Positions 63,530 through 64,000 of a stretch of DNA of 64,000 nt are shown here, piece after piece (position 1 is the stretch's first letter; each line of letters opens with the position of its first letter). This stretch comes from Macrostomum lignano (Eukaryota). The stretch lies in NCBI GenBank assembly GCA_002269645.1, contig NIVC01002786.1, positions 1-64,000 on the forward strand, read 5' to 3'. The notes beneath the pieces were generated by a model. That model saw nothing but the letters and a program-made list of their open reading frames with translations. It was not told where the DNA came from and searched no databases. A program made the translations under genes and the position numbers.

Positions 63530-64000
63530 CCCCAGTAGATAATACCCCCAATTCCTCAGTAGATAATATCCCAATTCCTCAGTAGATAATAACCCCAATT
63601 CCTCAGTAGATAATATCCCCAATTCCTCAGTAGATAATATCCCAATTCCTCAGTAGATAATATCCCAATTCCTCAGTAGATAATATCCCAATTCCTCAGT
63701 AGATAATATCCCAATTCCTCAGTAGATAATATCCCAATTCCTCAGTAGATAATACCCCCAATTCCTCAGTAGATAATATCCCCAATTCCTCAGTAGATAA
63801 TATCCCAATTCCTCAGTAGATAATATCCCAATTCCTCAGTAGATAATACCCCAATTCCTCAGTAGATAATACCCCAATTCCTCAGTAGATAATATCCCAA
63901 TTCCTCAGTAGATAATATCCCAATTCTTCATTAGATAATATCTTCAATTCCCCAGTAGATAATATCCCAATTCCTCAGTAGATAATATCCCAATTCCTCA
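63530..64000. repeat. 22-23-bp minisatellite (CCCAATTCCTCAGTAGATAATAT)n in a REPS intron
   Basis: Tandem units running to the window end. Confidence 0.95.

Overview
This is eukaryotic (animal) genomic DNA. GC-rich, Ala/Pro-rich exons, GT-AG introns filled with intron-private minisatellites, and a gene set of RGS12, LRRC71, REPS and histone H3 suggest a free-living flatworm such as Macrostomum; the taxon is an inference. Host genes: the last exon of a Ly6/uPAR three-finger protein (+, ~1.9-2.1 kb), an RGS12/loco-like gene (-, ~3-10.5 kb, one apparent 1-nt frameshift), a complete 14-exon LRRC71-like gene (-, 15.4-28.4 kb), an intronless orphan ORF (+, 42-43 kb), a solitary stem-loop histone H3 with two substitutions (-, 51.8-52.2 kb), and the terminal EH-domain exon of a REPS1/2-like gene (-, 62-63.4 kb). 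Mobile DNA includes a 5'-truncated RNase H-bearing LINE with a 132-bp target duplication, tRNA-derived SINEs, a foldback element and small TIR elements. The standout is a 4,390-bp mini-Polinton/Maverick-like element (54236-58625) with 796-bp apparently identical TIRs and a 6-bp TSD, inserted in a satellite. Its only gene is an intact 862-aa protein-primed family B DNA polymerase. Three spliceosomal introns interrupt this gene, one in each of catalytic motifs A, B and C, and the TIR downstream of it carries a strand-specific cluster of Pumilio-type motifs.
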